The notes under the pieces were generated by a model, which had not been told where the DNA came from, searched no databases, and worked only from the letters and a program-made list of their open reading frames with translations. Made by a program: the position numbers and the translations under genes. This document shows positions 26,251 through 38,752 of a DNA stretch of 64,000 nt, in pieces. The stretch lies in contig NC_086099.1 in NCBI RefSeq assembly GCF_963921235.1, positions 89,280,001 to 89,344,000 on the forward strand. Direction: 5' to 3'. The stretch is from Mobula hypostoma. Lineage: Eukaryota. Every line of letters begins with the position of its first letter. Position 1 is the stretch's first letter.

Positions 26251-28029
26251 GTGAATAGTTTTGGTGATGTGTCAGGGTGCCATGCTTGCAGGTACAGTGT
26301 CACTGAATGAGAAGGTATTAATTTACTCATCAATTCTTGACAGTGGGAAGATATTATTTTGGCAATGAAGAAACTCTTCTTCCAGTATTTCTTTATGTGG
26401 CTTAGAGTAAAATTTTACATGATACGACTTCTTTGGACATGCAGTATTTCTACATGAATGTCTCCAAATAGATATGCAGATGTTTTTGTTATTGCATCCA
26501 TCTCTTTTCAAATTTAATTTCTTGTGTGTATCGTCTGATGCCTCCATAGCTTAAGTGTATTGCCCATATAAATTCTGCCTATTTCATGTCCTCTCTCACA
26601 TTCTCATTCCTGTGACTATAATCTTTTGTTTAAACCTTTTTTAAAAAAATCTCAGCCTCAGCATCTCTTCCCAGATCCCTGGCACCTTTATCCTTCATGG
26701 TTAAAGCTGAACCTTATACTTTATGGACAACAAACCTTCAGAATCTTTTCTTCCATTCCACAATTAGTCCCATCTCTGTTAATTGTTTTAACTCTTGCTG
26801 CAGAAGTGTCTGTGATTTGAATTAAATCACTCATCAAAATCATCTCTAGTTTTGGTAATAGAAGACCAAACCTCAGGAATTCTGTTGTGGTTTACCAATA
26901 CTGGCTTGGTAAATATCTCTACAGATGTATTTCATTTGCTCAGTAGCGGGTCATTCATGCCGAAATGTTGACAGTAAAAGGAATAAATAATGACAACAAC
27001 ATGAATACTTGGCTCTGCGAATCTTACTTTTTTAAATATTGCATGAATTTGAGAGTTGCAAAAATAATTCATGATTTTCTGTTTTCAGATTTCTCCATAG
27101 ATTATACGTTGTTTCTTCAGGCTATGAACTACAAGACAGGCAATCATATGGCACCATACAGTAATTGTGACGTTCCACATTTCTGGAAAATTATAAGAGG
27201 CTTTGTATGAAATCTGTAGCAAAGGTCAAGCAGAGGACTCTACTCTCTTGGAGTTGTTCACTGCGACAGAAGCATGTTTAATTTAGATTCCGCTGCCCCA
27301 TACTAATAATCTTCTGATATTTGGATGTGGAATTGCAATACACTTTTACTGGTTAAAAGTTAATTTCTTCTATAAAAAGTAAGAAACATATACTTTTTAG
27401 TTCAACTCAACCAAAATGGGCCAGGATCAACATTTTAATACACATTAAATAAAATTCTTGGTTCCGTCCAATGAAAATATTTTTCTGCTGAAACAGTGAT
27501 AGGAGAATAGTTTTAATATGAAGAAAGTGCTTCACCTGGATTAGTTCATTATCTCATCCTGCCAGAACAGATGTTCTTTCATGAATGTAATTTGAGCAAA
27601 TTCAATTCAGTAGGAAAATATTCTTTTTGTAGGACGTACCTATCTGCCTACCCTGGCTTAATCCGGTATCTCTAAAAATGGAAGCTTATCAGAAGTGTGT
27701 GTTGTCATGCATTCCCTACAGGCTGGAAGCTGTGATTATTGGGGACTTTCTGACTGGAGCGAGACATTTTTCAGCAAACACAGTTAGTTAGGCTTCAACC
27801 TGTACCCTTCAGCCGAATATTTTTTGCCACGTAACTTGTTGGTAGTGTCAGCTAATAATGACATGGCAAGGGAAAAAGGCATCAGCTGTTCATGATGGTT
27901 TTGCTACCTACACTGTGACATTTGACTCCTAGTGGATTTCAGTGAGAGAGTGCAATTATGGTAAATCCCCACCATCAGTCATGCGGAAGCTGTAGGAAAA
28001 AATACGACCGGGATAACTGCTAATTATTT

Positions 28030-28470
28030 CCAGTGTTGTTTCCAGAGCTGTGCTTAGCCACACAGTCATGAGTGTAGAGAGAGTAGAGCAGTGGGCTAAG
28101 CATACATCCTTGAGGAGTGCCCAGTGTTGATTGTCAGCAAGGAGATGTTTCTTTCCCGATCCACACAGACTGAGGTCTCCCGGTGAGGAAGTCAAGGATC
28201 CAGTGGCAGAAGGAAGTACAAAAGCCCGGGCTCCGAAGCCTTTTGATTAAAACTGAGGGCCGTGTTGAACACTGAGCTGCAGTTAATAAGTTAGTAAGTA
28301 TTGGGTGATCCAAGGCCGAGTGGAGAGCCAGTGAGATTGCATCTGCTGTAGACCTATTGTGGCGACAGGCAAATTGCAGTGGGTTCACGTCCTTGCTGAA
28401 GCAGGAGTTGACTCTGGCCATGAACCTCTTAAAGCATGTCATCACAGTAGATGTGAATGCCACTGGGCAA
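28030..28470 (-). mobile_element. Rex1/Babar RT fragment
   Basis: TSTVMTCFKR..PLQFACRHNRSTADAISLALH..WILDFLTGRPQSV. Confidence 0.85.
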
Positions 28471-28474
28471 TAGA

Positions 28475-29010
28475 TCTATCTACACTCTTCATGCTTTCCA
28501 GCACTTGTCCCACAGCTTTTCATGCAATAGTGGTTAAGGTGCTCATTCAGATACCTTTTAAACTGTTATGCGTGCTTCCAGAGTGTTCCACATTCCCATC
28601 ATTTCTTCCTCAGACAACCTATAAATCCTCTATTTCGTGCCTTGAGTACACACCCTTTGCTTATGGATACCTCCACTAAGGGAATGTTTTCCTGCTGCCT
28701 ACACCCCTCATCTTATCTAAATCAGGTCCCCACCACCTCAATCTTCTCCACTGCAAGGGAGACAAACTAGTCTCTCCTTGTAGTAGAAACACTCATTCTC
28801 AAGCAATGTTCTAGTGAATGTCCTCTGCACCCATTCCTAGCAATCACACTGTTCCTATAGTTTGGTGAGCAGAAATGCACACAGTACTCCAGCTGTGTTC
28901 TATCCAACACTGCACCATGACCTCCCTGCTCTTGCATTCTGTGTTCCACCTTACAGAAGGAAGGTGTTCCATTAGCCTTCACCAAAGTCCAAAGTACACC
29001 GAAGTGCCTC
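28475..29010 (-). mobile_element. CR1 3' fragment, degraded
   Basis: Minus strand RTQLEYCVHFCSPNYR and downstream CR1 remnants. Confidence 0.7.
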
Positions 29011-29694
29011 TGTCCCTAGGGTTCTGCAATTCATTATCTAACTTCCCTGTCTCCACCATTCCCATAAGAAAGAATTTGAGGGAGTAGTAAGATTGTACTT
29101 TCTAAGGGATGATGCAAGCTTGATGGTTCAACTGAGTTTCTTCTGTGTGCCGTGTACTAGAGAAAAATTAATCTAGGGTCAACAGCAATGAATGCAAGTG
29201 AGCAACGTGATGCATAAGGTTGCATTCTTCAGTGCAGCCAACTGTGTGAGGGTGTAAATGCAGGGGGCAGGTGGTCTTGCATCCACTGGTGAACAAAACT
29301 AAATTTCTCCTCTAAGTAATCTATAAATAGTATTTGCCACAATGGTAACTCTGAATCCTCTTGCCAGATTGCACTAATAGCTGACCAACTGTTCCGTGCA
29401 GAGCCACCAGCTGTTGCACATGCATCAATGCGTTCCAGGCTTCCACTCCATTGCCCAGCACCACAGAAGCACAACACTCACTGGAGATCTGACCACTCGC
29501 TCTGCCCCTGGTGTCACCACTGAGTCTCGGGCTGCTTCCTGAAGACTGAGCTAAAAAACCAAAGACATCTTGTACCTGGCCACTCTGCCCTTTCCCTTTA
29601 ACCAGCCATGCTGACGCATCAAGGGCAGCTCCATTTATGGTCTGATTGGTGGATTGATTGAGCCGTGCAGCCCAGCAGCCCCTGATTTAACCCT

Positions 29695-29888
29695 AGCCTA
29701 ATCACAGCACAATTTACAATGACTAATTAATCTACCAACCTCTTTGGGAGGAAACCAGGGCACCTGGAGGAAATCTACATGGTCACAGGGATAACACATA
29801 AACTCCTTACAAACAGCAGCAGGAATTGAACCCAGGTTGCTAGTACCGTAAAGTGTTGTGCTAACCACTATCCTACCGTGCCACCCCA
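29695..29888 (-). mobile_element. V-SINE (HE1-like)
   Basis: Minus strand GGTGGCACGGTAGGATAGTGGTTAGC (A box) and GGTTCAATTCC (B box) followed by the V domain. Confidence 0.85.
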
Positions 29889-29990
29889 TTAGCCCTCAAC
29901 AAAAAGGCAAGTGAAGTTAATTTTTTTCTTCAATTTACTTTAATTGATATCAATCTCTGTAATTAAATTACATCAGTGATACGTGATTTT

Positions 29991-30335
29991 TGAGGAGGAT
30001 GCAAAGGATATCATGGACGAAACGAATATCTAACGAGGATGTCATGAACAGAGCAAACACAAAACGAGAAATAATGTATGAGATCATGAAAAGGCAACAT
30101 AACTTCATTGGACATGTGATTAGGAAAGGAGTTAGAATGCACGGTAATTATGGGAAAGATTGAAGGGAAGAAAGCAAGAGGAAGACAAAGAAAAATGATG
30201 ATGGAGACAGCAGCCAGAGAACTGGAAACGAATACCAATGAATTGATCCACTTGACCCGAAACAGGAGTGTGTGGGCCATGGCAGTCAAAGCTCAAACTG
30301 GGCACGGCACCTGATGATGGTGATGATAATAATGA
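29991..30335 (+). mobile_element. RTE-clade LINE 3' end
   Basis: ISWTKRISNEDVM..FIGHVIRK..EGKKARGRQR; (TGA)n tail; 14-bp TSD TGATACGTGATTTT at 29977-29990 and 30336-30349. Confidence 0.9.
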
Positions 30336-30474
30336 TGATACGTGATTTTAAGTTACCTTGTTAATTTTTTTTTAGTTTAAACAAATACAGCAAGTTTGCT
30401 CCCAAATGTCTTTAATCATCATGGGTATCATGAAAGAGCTCACTTGGAGAAGTGTTATGGTGTTAGACTGCATT

Positions 30475-30705
30475 ACATGGTACAGCAGAATAGATAGCAG
30501 AACTGTTGCCTCATGCTCCAGTGACCCGTCTTCAATCCTGTCTATGTGGAGTTTGCATGATCACATCGACTTCCTCTGGAGATTCGGCTTCCTCCCACAT
30601 CCCTCTGATGTCCGGGTCAGTTGATTGATTGAACATGGTAAATTGTTAAGGGTGTTGATGTAAGCATTAGAATCTGGAGTTAGATGAAAACAACATGGAG
30701 AGAGT
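30475..30705 (+). mobile_element. V-SINE, degraded
   Basis: GCCTCATGCTCCAGTGACCCG..TGTGGAGTTTGCATG..TTCCTCCCACATCCC. Confidence 0.75.
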
Positions 30706-30879
30706 GTGATCAGTGAAGGATTAGTGTAATGCTCAGCCCAGGCTCAGGGGGCTGCTTCATGCTGTACATCTCTCTGACTTTGGCTGACCTCTTCAGTGGG
30801 ACGTAATTGTGGAAGGAGCCTTTTCCTTCACATTTTTTTCTTTTTATCAATCCCCACCCACTACATATGGAGTAGTAGA

Positions 30880-31410
30880 AAGGTGGTGGTTGTCCGTCGA
30901 ATCTGACGATGACAGGAAACCTGTGCGGAAAAGTTCTTAAAGTGGAAAAGCGGCTGCACTGGGGCAGTTCCACTTTTTCGAAGTCGGATGTCTGGTTCTA
31001 GTCGTACGAGTAGTCGCCACAACTGGCGTCCTTCTTGATTGCAGTGGATGACCTTGACTTCTTTGTCTGTGCCTCGTCAGGCCCTTCGCTCTCCCTGAGC
31101 GTCGCAGAACCGCCTTCCTGTCCGTTGGATCTCACTGTAGATCTCAACCACCCTGTCCACCGGAGCTTACTTTGCAGACTAGGACAGGCAGGTCCCTGTC
31201 TCACCAGCGTACAAAGCCCGCTGGCTAGCCACACCTGGTTTAGACCGCCTGCTGAAGCAGTGTACCGGGAGTGTGGCCCTGTCGCATGCAAACAGCTACT
31301 TGGAGCCACAGGTGAGAGCTGAGTGCCCGGTGGGGACGAACGTTGAGTGAGATGCCCCAGATTAGACATGAAAAGCCTTTTCACCGGAGGAAAACCCTCC
31401 CTGCCCATAC
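30880..31410 (-). mobile_element. Non-coding GC-rich retroposon with an RTE-like 3' tail
   Basis: Minus-strand end GTCATCGTCAGATTCGACGGACAACCACCACC resembles the RTE end GTCATCTTCGACTATGAAGGACAAACAACAAC near 40000; no RT coding. Confidence 0.5.
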
Positions 31411-31559
31411 ACCCCTGTAGAGTGATACCACACCGACAAAGGCTCTTCTAGCCACCAAGTCCACGCCACACATAACGTGCCCACTTAGAAAAATTCTGCC
31501 ATAAACCATTTTTAAAATTCTCAACTCCCACAGATGTTATCAATCAACTAAACACAAGA

Positions 31560-31745
31560 GACTTATTAAAGACCCACCAATCCACACACCTATTGGGACG
31601 TGGGAGCAAACCAGACCATCTGGAGGAAATCCATATAGTTACAGGGGCAACATGCAAACTCCACATAAACAGCACCTAAAGCTGGGATAGAACCTTTGCG
31701 CCTGGTGCTGTGAGTCAATGGCACTGCCAGCTGTGCCATCCCACT
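31560..31745 (-). mobile_element. V-SINE
   Basis: Minus strand GATGGCACAGCTGGCAGTGCC..TGTGGAGTTTGCATGTTGCCCC..GCTCCCACGTCCCAA. Confidence 0.8.
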
Positions 31746-32055
31746 ACTGGTTATGTCAGACTGCAGAGCTTTATTTGGAACTGTGCTGGTCAGATGTCTC
31801 AGCTCTTTCTTGAGCATGTGAAACACAAATTGAGGCGGTGTGGTCCAGGCCCCACAGCGTCTTGAAGCCACTGGACCCGATGTTGGAATGACGGTTTAGG
31901 AACTGGGCCAGGTTGAAAAGATTAGGGTGTCAGTGCCCGAGGCGAGGAGCTGTCCGATTCAGCCTGATGCTCGGCTCTGCGCTGAATAAGGGTTTGTGGA
32001 TGGGCTCTCTTCATGGACTTCAGTTCAGAACGCTCTTTGCTTCCATTTTTATTTG

Positions 32056-34999
32056 TGTTGTATCTGAGAGCGACTTAATGTATTTTAGATAAAGGCACAC
32101 TAGTGGGAGATCATTTTAACTAAAGTATTCACATTGCAATGTGAGCAGGAAACAGCAATGCACACATAGACAATGGCACATGCACAGACAACAGGTCAAT
32201 ACATAGTGTTGGGGGGGAGGCCATTGCTCTAAAAGAAATAGATCCATACATTGCACATCCTCCTCCTTTAGATTAAATTAACATATAACCATATACTGTA
32301 TGTAGAAAACATTCAGTTTCCCTTTCATTAACCCACATTCCAAGTAAGCACACTGTCACAATAACAGTCTATAACTAACCTCACAGATCTAAAGGTTCAG
32401 TTTTTTGGGTGGTGCTCTGTTTCTTTCAGGATAGCACCTCTGGACCTGTGAGTGGCATCAGGTTTGGCAGGTGTCTTGTCTAAGACAACGTACTTGGTTT
32501 CCGGTGTCACATTGCTGTCAGTGACATCACTGAAAGGTGAGTCTGGTAACTGTAATGTGTCCATCTTGTTGGATGCAGTTGACTCAGGAGTGTTCTTCAA
32601 TTGAGCATCCAGTATCTGATCCACATGATGTCTCTATGCCTGATCTCCAACATCCACTGTGTACATCAGTGGCCCAGTTCTTGTAGCTATCCTATTAGGT
32701 GTCTACTTGTCTTCTTGGCAATCGTGCACTAGAACTTCCTGTCCAATCTCAAATCTCCTTATTACTTTACTTGGCAACTGGCTGACTGTTTATTCTCCAT
32801 AGATCTGGTTTCATGAGGTCCATGCGAGATCTCAGATTTCTGTTCATGAACAGCATGACAGGTGTTTGATTTGTCGTCACATGAACAGAGTTCTGATACA
32901 CAAAAAGGAAGTTGTCCACCTTGTGTTGTAGGAAAATGTCATCTTTGTCCATCACTTTAATGGACTTCTAGAAGATTTGGACAAAACCTTTCAGCTAGCC
33001 CATTCATTGATGGGTGGTGAGGAGATGATTTGAAATGTCTGATGCCATTTTTCTTCATGAACAGTCAGAATTCTTCTGACGTGTATTGTGGTCCATTATC
33101 ACACAATTTGTTCTGGTAAGCCGTTTTTGGTGAAAATAGTCCTCAGGGCAGAGTCAGTCTTTGTTGAGGTGGTTGACCAATGGTATAACCTCCATCCACT
33201 TCAAATGAGCATCCACAGCAATCAGAAACATGGAGACCATGATTGACCCAGCAAAGTCAATATGTACTCTTTGCCATGGTGACGATGGCCACTCCCATGG
33301 ATGTAATGCTGCCTGTGGGGGTGCATTTTGAATTTTTTGGCATACTGAACAGCTTTTGGCCAAGTCTTCAATCTGTTTATCTATTTCCTTTTCAAACACC
33401 TTCTCATTAGCATTAAGCAGCTGTCCCAGTCTCTGGCTGATGCTACCATTTGGGCTGCTGTTGCCTGTCGATGCCACACTGAGAGCTGTGATTGAGTGCC
33501 AGTCTAGTTGGATTTTTCTCAATCATTCCCATCTGAAAAGTGCTGGCCCTCCACTTTTCAATACACAAAGCTCTAACTGCTGTGTTTGGCCTCCATACAT
33601 CACATTTACTTTCAGTTTGCCTTTGGGGGACACTTTTTTGCCGGTATAGGTCTTTAGCATCACTGAGGTCTTCTCTAATGGTATCTTAGAAAGCAGTCTG
33701 TTGTAGTCAGCCTCTGGAATTATAGACAAAACTGACCCTGTATCCAGCTCCATTTTCAATTTTACACCGGATACATCTATTGTGATCCATATTATATTGT
33801 GATCTACTTCAGTAATACTATGCAGTTCTAGGCATGACAGTTTACCTTTGTCAGACTCTATGTTATCCGGTTCTGTTTTACATTCAGTGACTTCATGCAT
33901 TTGCTTAGTTTTGTGTTTGAGTCTTTTCACTTGGTTGTGCTTTTTGTCTGCCTTGCACACTCTCTCTCTATGTAATCTTGTCTATGACACTTTCTGCAGG
34001 CTTGTTCTTTGAACTAACGGTCCTTTACATCATGCAAGGATTTGCCGCATCAATAACATCTTTGGCCTTTTGCACCATTCAGGGACATTTTGTGCATTCC
34101 ACATTCTAACTTCCTTTTCTGTAGTTCTGCTGCAGTCTCCAATGATATTGCAATGACCAATGACCGTTCTAAGGTTAGGTCTCTGTCGGATAGTAGTCTC
34201 TTTTAAGTGCTTTGATTGTGCATCCCACATGCAAGCCTCTCCCTTAATGCATCAGAAAATCCATTTCTAAAGTCACAGTACTGGAAAAGTTTGCACAGTT
34301 CTGCAATCTATTCAGAAAGACTTTCATCTTTTGACTGGTTCCTTTTGTAAAATCTAAATCTCTCAGCCATTACCAGCAGTTTAGGGCTCAAATGTGTTAA
34401 ATTTTAACAATTTCATGGAACATCCGCTTGCTGGCTTTGCAGGGGCTACTAAGTTGTGTAAGAGACTGTATGTTCTTGGGCCATTAAGCTAAGAAGTGTA
34501 GGGGCTTTCTTTTGCTCCTCCACATTGTTTGCATTACAATACAGTTCAACCCTCTTGATATATGACTCCCAGCCTTCGATAGCACTATCAAATTCATCAA
34601 CTTTCCCAAGTGAAGCCATCGCCACATTATTTTCACTTTAAATTCAGTGCATCTTTCACTGTGTATAATGCTGTGCACATGTCTTTGTTAGTCTCTGTGA
34701 TGGCCTTCTCTGTACTGTTTAACTCTTGCTGTTTCGTCCCATAGTCATGCCGTAGCAGTTGGTGCAGTTTGTGATATTCTCTGACATTCAGGTTCATGCT
34801 GGTCGCCGGTTTGTTGTGTCTGTGCACAACTACTTATATATTAAATGAAAGCACGCATTAGGGAGATGGCTTTAACTGGTGTATTCACATTGCAGTGGGA
34901 GAGAGAGAGAACAATGCACATGTGCAGACAACGGGTCGATATGTAGTGTAAAGTGGATGGGACGTCATTGCTCGAAATGAAATAGATACATACATTACT
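32056..34999 (-). mobile_element. Internally deleted Gypsy LTR retrotransposon (LTR-gag-PR-IN-LTR, no RT/RNase H)
   Basis: Related LTRs at 32056-32257 and 34812-34999; PPT AAAGGAGGAGGA at 32258-32269; PBS-like CCGGCGACCAG; protease MELDTGS; integrase CSVC..PWQRVHIDFAG. Confidence 0.88.
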
Positions 35000-35739
35000 G
35001 TTTGTATGATCTTTTTTCCTCTGCACAGAGGGAGTTTGATGGTATTTGTTTAATGGGCTCTTTTGGGCTTCTTTGTTTTGTGGCTGCCTTTTAGGAGACG
35101 AATGTCAAGGTTGTATAATGTATACAGACTTTTTGATAATAAATGTACTTGGAATTTTGACCTGTGAACTTTGGCTCTGCCTGGGACTGCACGGGTTAAA
35201 TTAACAGTGTTTATTGGAGTTTCAGTATACCTCCACCTGTTAATGAATTTAGTAGTGACTTGTTTTCGTCCTCTATGCAGCTTCACCAATTGTGCAAGTC
35301 ATGTTACGATAGGCTTGAAGCTGCAGCTCACGTGGTCTACTCCACTCCTCCACTCACCGAACCAGGGTTAGTCTCGAAATAAAGTGGAATTGTAGAGTGG
35401 CTTTCTGATCGAATCTAATTTTACTGCTGCTGATCCCATCATTTCATGAATAATCAAGTTTAAACTGTCAAATCTGTTCTGAATCCATCCATTCTGTTCT
35501 TGCCTGAAAAACATGATGAAGCATGTCTTCGAAATTAAATTGAGATTCTACATCCATAAGAGCAAATTGTTTATTCTAATCAAAACTGCCATGGGCAGCA
35601 TCATCCCAACAAATACATTGCTGGTGATAAGTTCAACTCAGTTTCAACTATTGTTTCTTTAATTGTTTGCAGCAATTCCATTTTATTCTCTTCCTCACAT
35701 TTGAATATTATGGCCTTAGTCTCTTGAGAGACTTTTGGA

Positions 35740-36028
35740 ACATCTCACTGCTGTTTTACAGGAGTTCTTTGGACTAGAACTAGAGTCGTAGGTTTAGGTT
35801 GAAATGTGAGACATTTAAGGGGACTCTGAGGGTTGTGTGACTGTGGAATGAGCTGCCAGAGGAAGTGGTAGGTGGGGATTCAGTTGTAACTTTTAAGATA
35901 TGTTTGGATAAGTACATGGAAGGGGTTTAGAAGTATATGGTCTGGGTGCAGGTAGATGAGACTAGGCCAAACATCTGGTCAGCCCTGGACTAGATGGGCA
36001 GAAGGGCTAGTTTCTGTTCTACAACTCT
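35740..36028 (+). mobile_element. CR1 3' end
   Basis: LWNELPEEVV..FKICLDKYME and a 3' UTR like that at 2290-2440. Confidence 0.75.
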
Positions 36029-37129
36029 CAGCATTTCTGAAATCCTATCAGGCACTGACCTTGCTTGATTATTTACCTTTGGGATTGGTTAGGTGGCCAC
36101 AAGGAAAATCTAGTTGAAAATTGGTATAACTGTCAATTTAACAATAGTCGGCATATGACTCAAATGATGTACGTCGTGTGGGTGAGTACAGTGGTAGAAT
36201 TGGAGGCCAGGTTAGCCATGGGATGTTTTCTAAACTGTTACTTTTGGACACTGAAAATAGATAAGCAATGTCCTTTAAAACAGTCCTTGCCTATAATTTT
36301 GTGCAGCTGTACGTCAGACTTTAGGCATTATCTTATTTTGTAAATTTGAACTATCACGTTCTAAACTCAACACATTGATATGTAAAACTAAACCAGAACG
36401 ATTCTGTTAGGATGCTACAGACACCAGAAAAGTAACCCCTCAAGCCAAATGAAGAGCATTTCTAATGCTTTGTGAGAGCAAAGTCCCTGATTCTAGCAGA
36501 GTGCTGTAGCAGCTACATCAAACATGCAATTAAAAACCTTCTGGAGACTATATAACTAGGACAGGCAGCTTAGGAATGTGTCACAGATGGGTGAAGGAAA
36601 ATTGTGTGACCTGCAAATATTGAACTAGCAATAGGATAATATTTTCAATGGGTGGATTTAGCTTTACTTACTTTCTTGATGTATCTTGACCCTTTTTTTC
36701 TCAATTCTTTTAAAACCAAATGAAGGTCAAGTAGAGCTAATGTAATTCCAGGGCTGATTAATGTTGTAATATTTTTGAGAAATTTGTGCATGAGTTGCTC
36801 TGCTCTTGTGTTGCTCTAAACAAACTTCTTTTTATTTGACGACAGATGACTGCCTGGGAATCTTGCATCTGTGAGTGTGTCAATATCATAGACTCACCCA
36901 GCAGCCAATGAGTCACACTGCCCTCTCCCTTGCAAATTTCTTTCAGCCTTGTTTTCCACTCAGTCAACACAAGGCTTTGCCACTTGAAAAGATCAACTAA
37001 ATCTTAGCCAAATAATTTATTTTTAGGCAGAATGACCTATAGGCAAATCAGTTCTAGTAAAAATGTAGTTTCACATGTAGGAAAGGTAATGGTAACCACC
37101 CACTCTTAAGAGAAGAATTAGAAGTTTAA

Positions 37130-38350
37130 GCCATAAAACCATAAGATATAGAAGCAGAATTAGGCTATTTGCCCTACTGAGTTATTTTTCTCTAGACCCC
37201 ATTCTGTTACCATCTCCCAGAAAACTTTGTCACCCTTACTGATCAAGGACTATTAACCTCTGCTTTAAAAATACCCAATAACTTGGCCTCCAAATGGAGT
37301 TGCCCCAGCATTCACTTCTGAAGTACCATGGACTTCTACCTTGTTTCACAGTCTGATGTGCAGCAGCTTAACAAAGACCTTCTGAAAATCCAAGTCAACA
37401 ACATCCACTGACTCTTCTTTGTCTATCCTGCCTGTACTTCTTCAAACAATTCCAACAGATTTGTCAGGCAGGATTTCCCTTTAAGGAAACCAGGCTGATT
37501 TCAGCCTTTTTGGGTTTGGATTCAGTGGTGCATCACATGTGCATTGAAATATATTGTTTGTGTTAACAACCAACACTACCTAAGGATGTGCTGGGGGCAG
37601 CCTGCAAGTGTTACCACACACTCCAGCACCAAAAGAGCATGCCCATTTGATCATGCACCTCCAAGTATCCTGAAACCGCATTCTTAATAATGGACTTCTA
37701 ACATCTTGCTAACCACTGAAATTAGGCTAACTGGCCTATAATTTCCCACCTTTTGCTCCTTCCTTTCTTAAAGAGTGGAGTGACACTTGTGATTTTCCCA
37801 TCTTCTAGAATCATTCCAGAATATAGTTATTTTTGAAAGATCACCACTAGTGCCTCCACAATCTCTGCAGCTACCTCTTTCAGAACCCTGGGCTATCTGG
37901 TGCACATGACTTATTTATGAATCTTCATACCTTTTTCAGCTTCTCAAACATCTTCTTAATAGTGGTGACTACTCTTGCTTCTGACATACTTGAATTTCTG
38001 GCATGTTGCACAGTGAAGTCTGGTGCACAATGCTTACACTGTTCGCCCACCTTTTCTTTATTCCCCATTACGACTTCTCAACATCACATTCCAGTGACCT
38101 AATGTCCACCTTTGCCTCTCTTTCACTCTTTATATGTCTGAAAAATAGTGTCCTTTTTTTAATAATATTAAATAGTTTACCTTTATATTTCATCTTTTCT
38201 CTCTGTATTGCTTTTTTCAGTTGTGTTTGCTATATTGTATGCCTTCTCTTTTGCTTTATGCTGTCCTTGACTTCCCTTCTCAACCAGGGTTGCCTCATCC
38301 TTCCTTTCTGGGATAAATCAATCCCGTGTCTCCTGTATTGCTCCCAGGAA
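37130..38350 (-). mobile_element. CR1 fragments (3' end, RT, tether) with a small insert near 37510-37645
   Basis: CATAAGATATAG tail complement at 37140; minus strand KSCLTNLLELFEE, VDVVDLDFQK, NYRPVSLISVVSK. Confidence 0.75.
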
Positions 38351-38601
38351 CTTCATCTACATGTTCAAAATTTACTTGGAAACCCATTTTCAGAATGAGA
38401 CACTGAATTCTGAAGATACTTCAGCTTATACATTTTGCACTGCATTTCCAATATACAGTCTCCTGGGTTGGACCTCTATGCCGTGTCAGGGATTGCAGTC
38501 CAATTTAGCATTTTTCTACGATCATACAGATTACAGCTGTAGATAAGGAGTTAAAGTGTGAGACTAACTTTGCTGCTTTTAAGTGGTTTTATTTTTTACA
38601 G

Positions 38602-38752
38602 TCAAGGGTCAAGGCCCAAAATCCCAAGCGAAAGGGAAGAAAGGAAGACGACAAATGCAACAGAATAGCATTTGCAACAGCGTGAAACAAGTATTTTTCC
38701 AAATGAGAAAGGATTCAAATACCGAGCAGGATCTGGCAGAAAAGTTGTGTAG
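38602..38752 (+). other. Candidate host exon (151 nt), gene unidentified
   Basis: Branch site ACTAAC at 38563-38568, T-rich tract and CAG acceptor, AG|GTGAGA donor; one open frame (KGQGPKSQAKGKKGRRQMQQNSICNSVKQVFFQMRKDSNTEQDLAEKLC). Confidence 0.4.
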
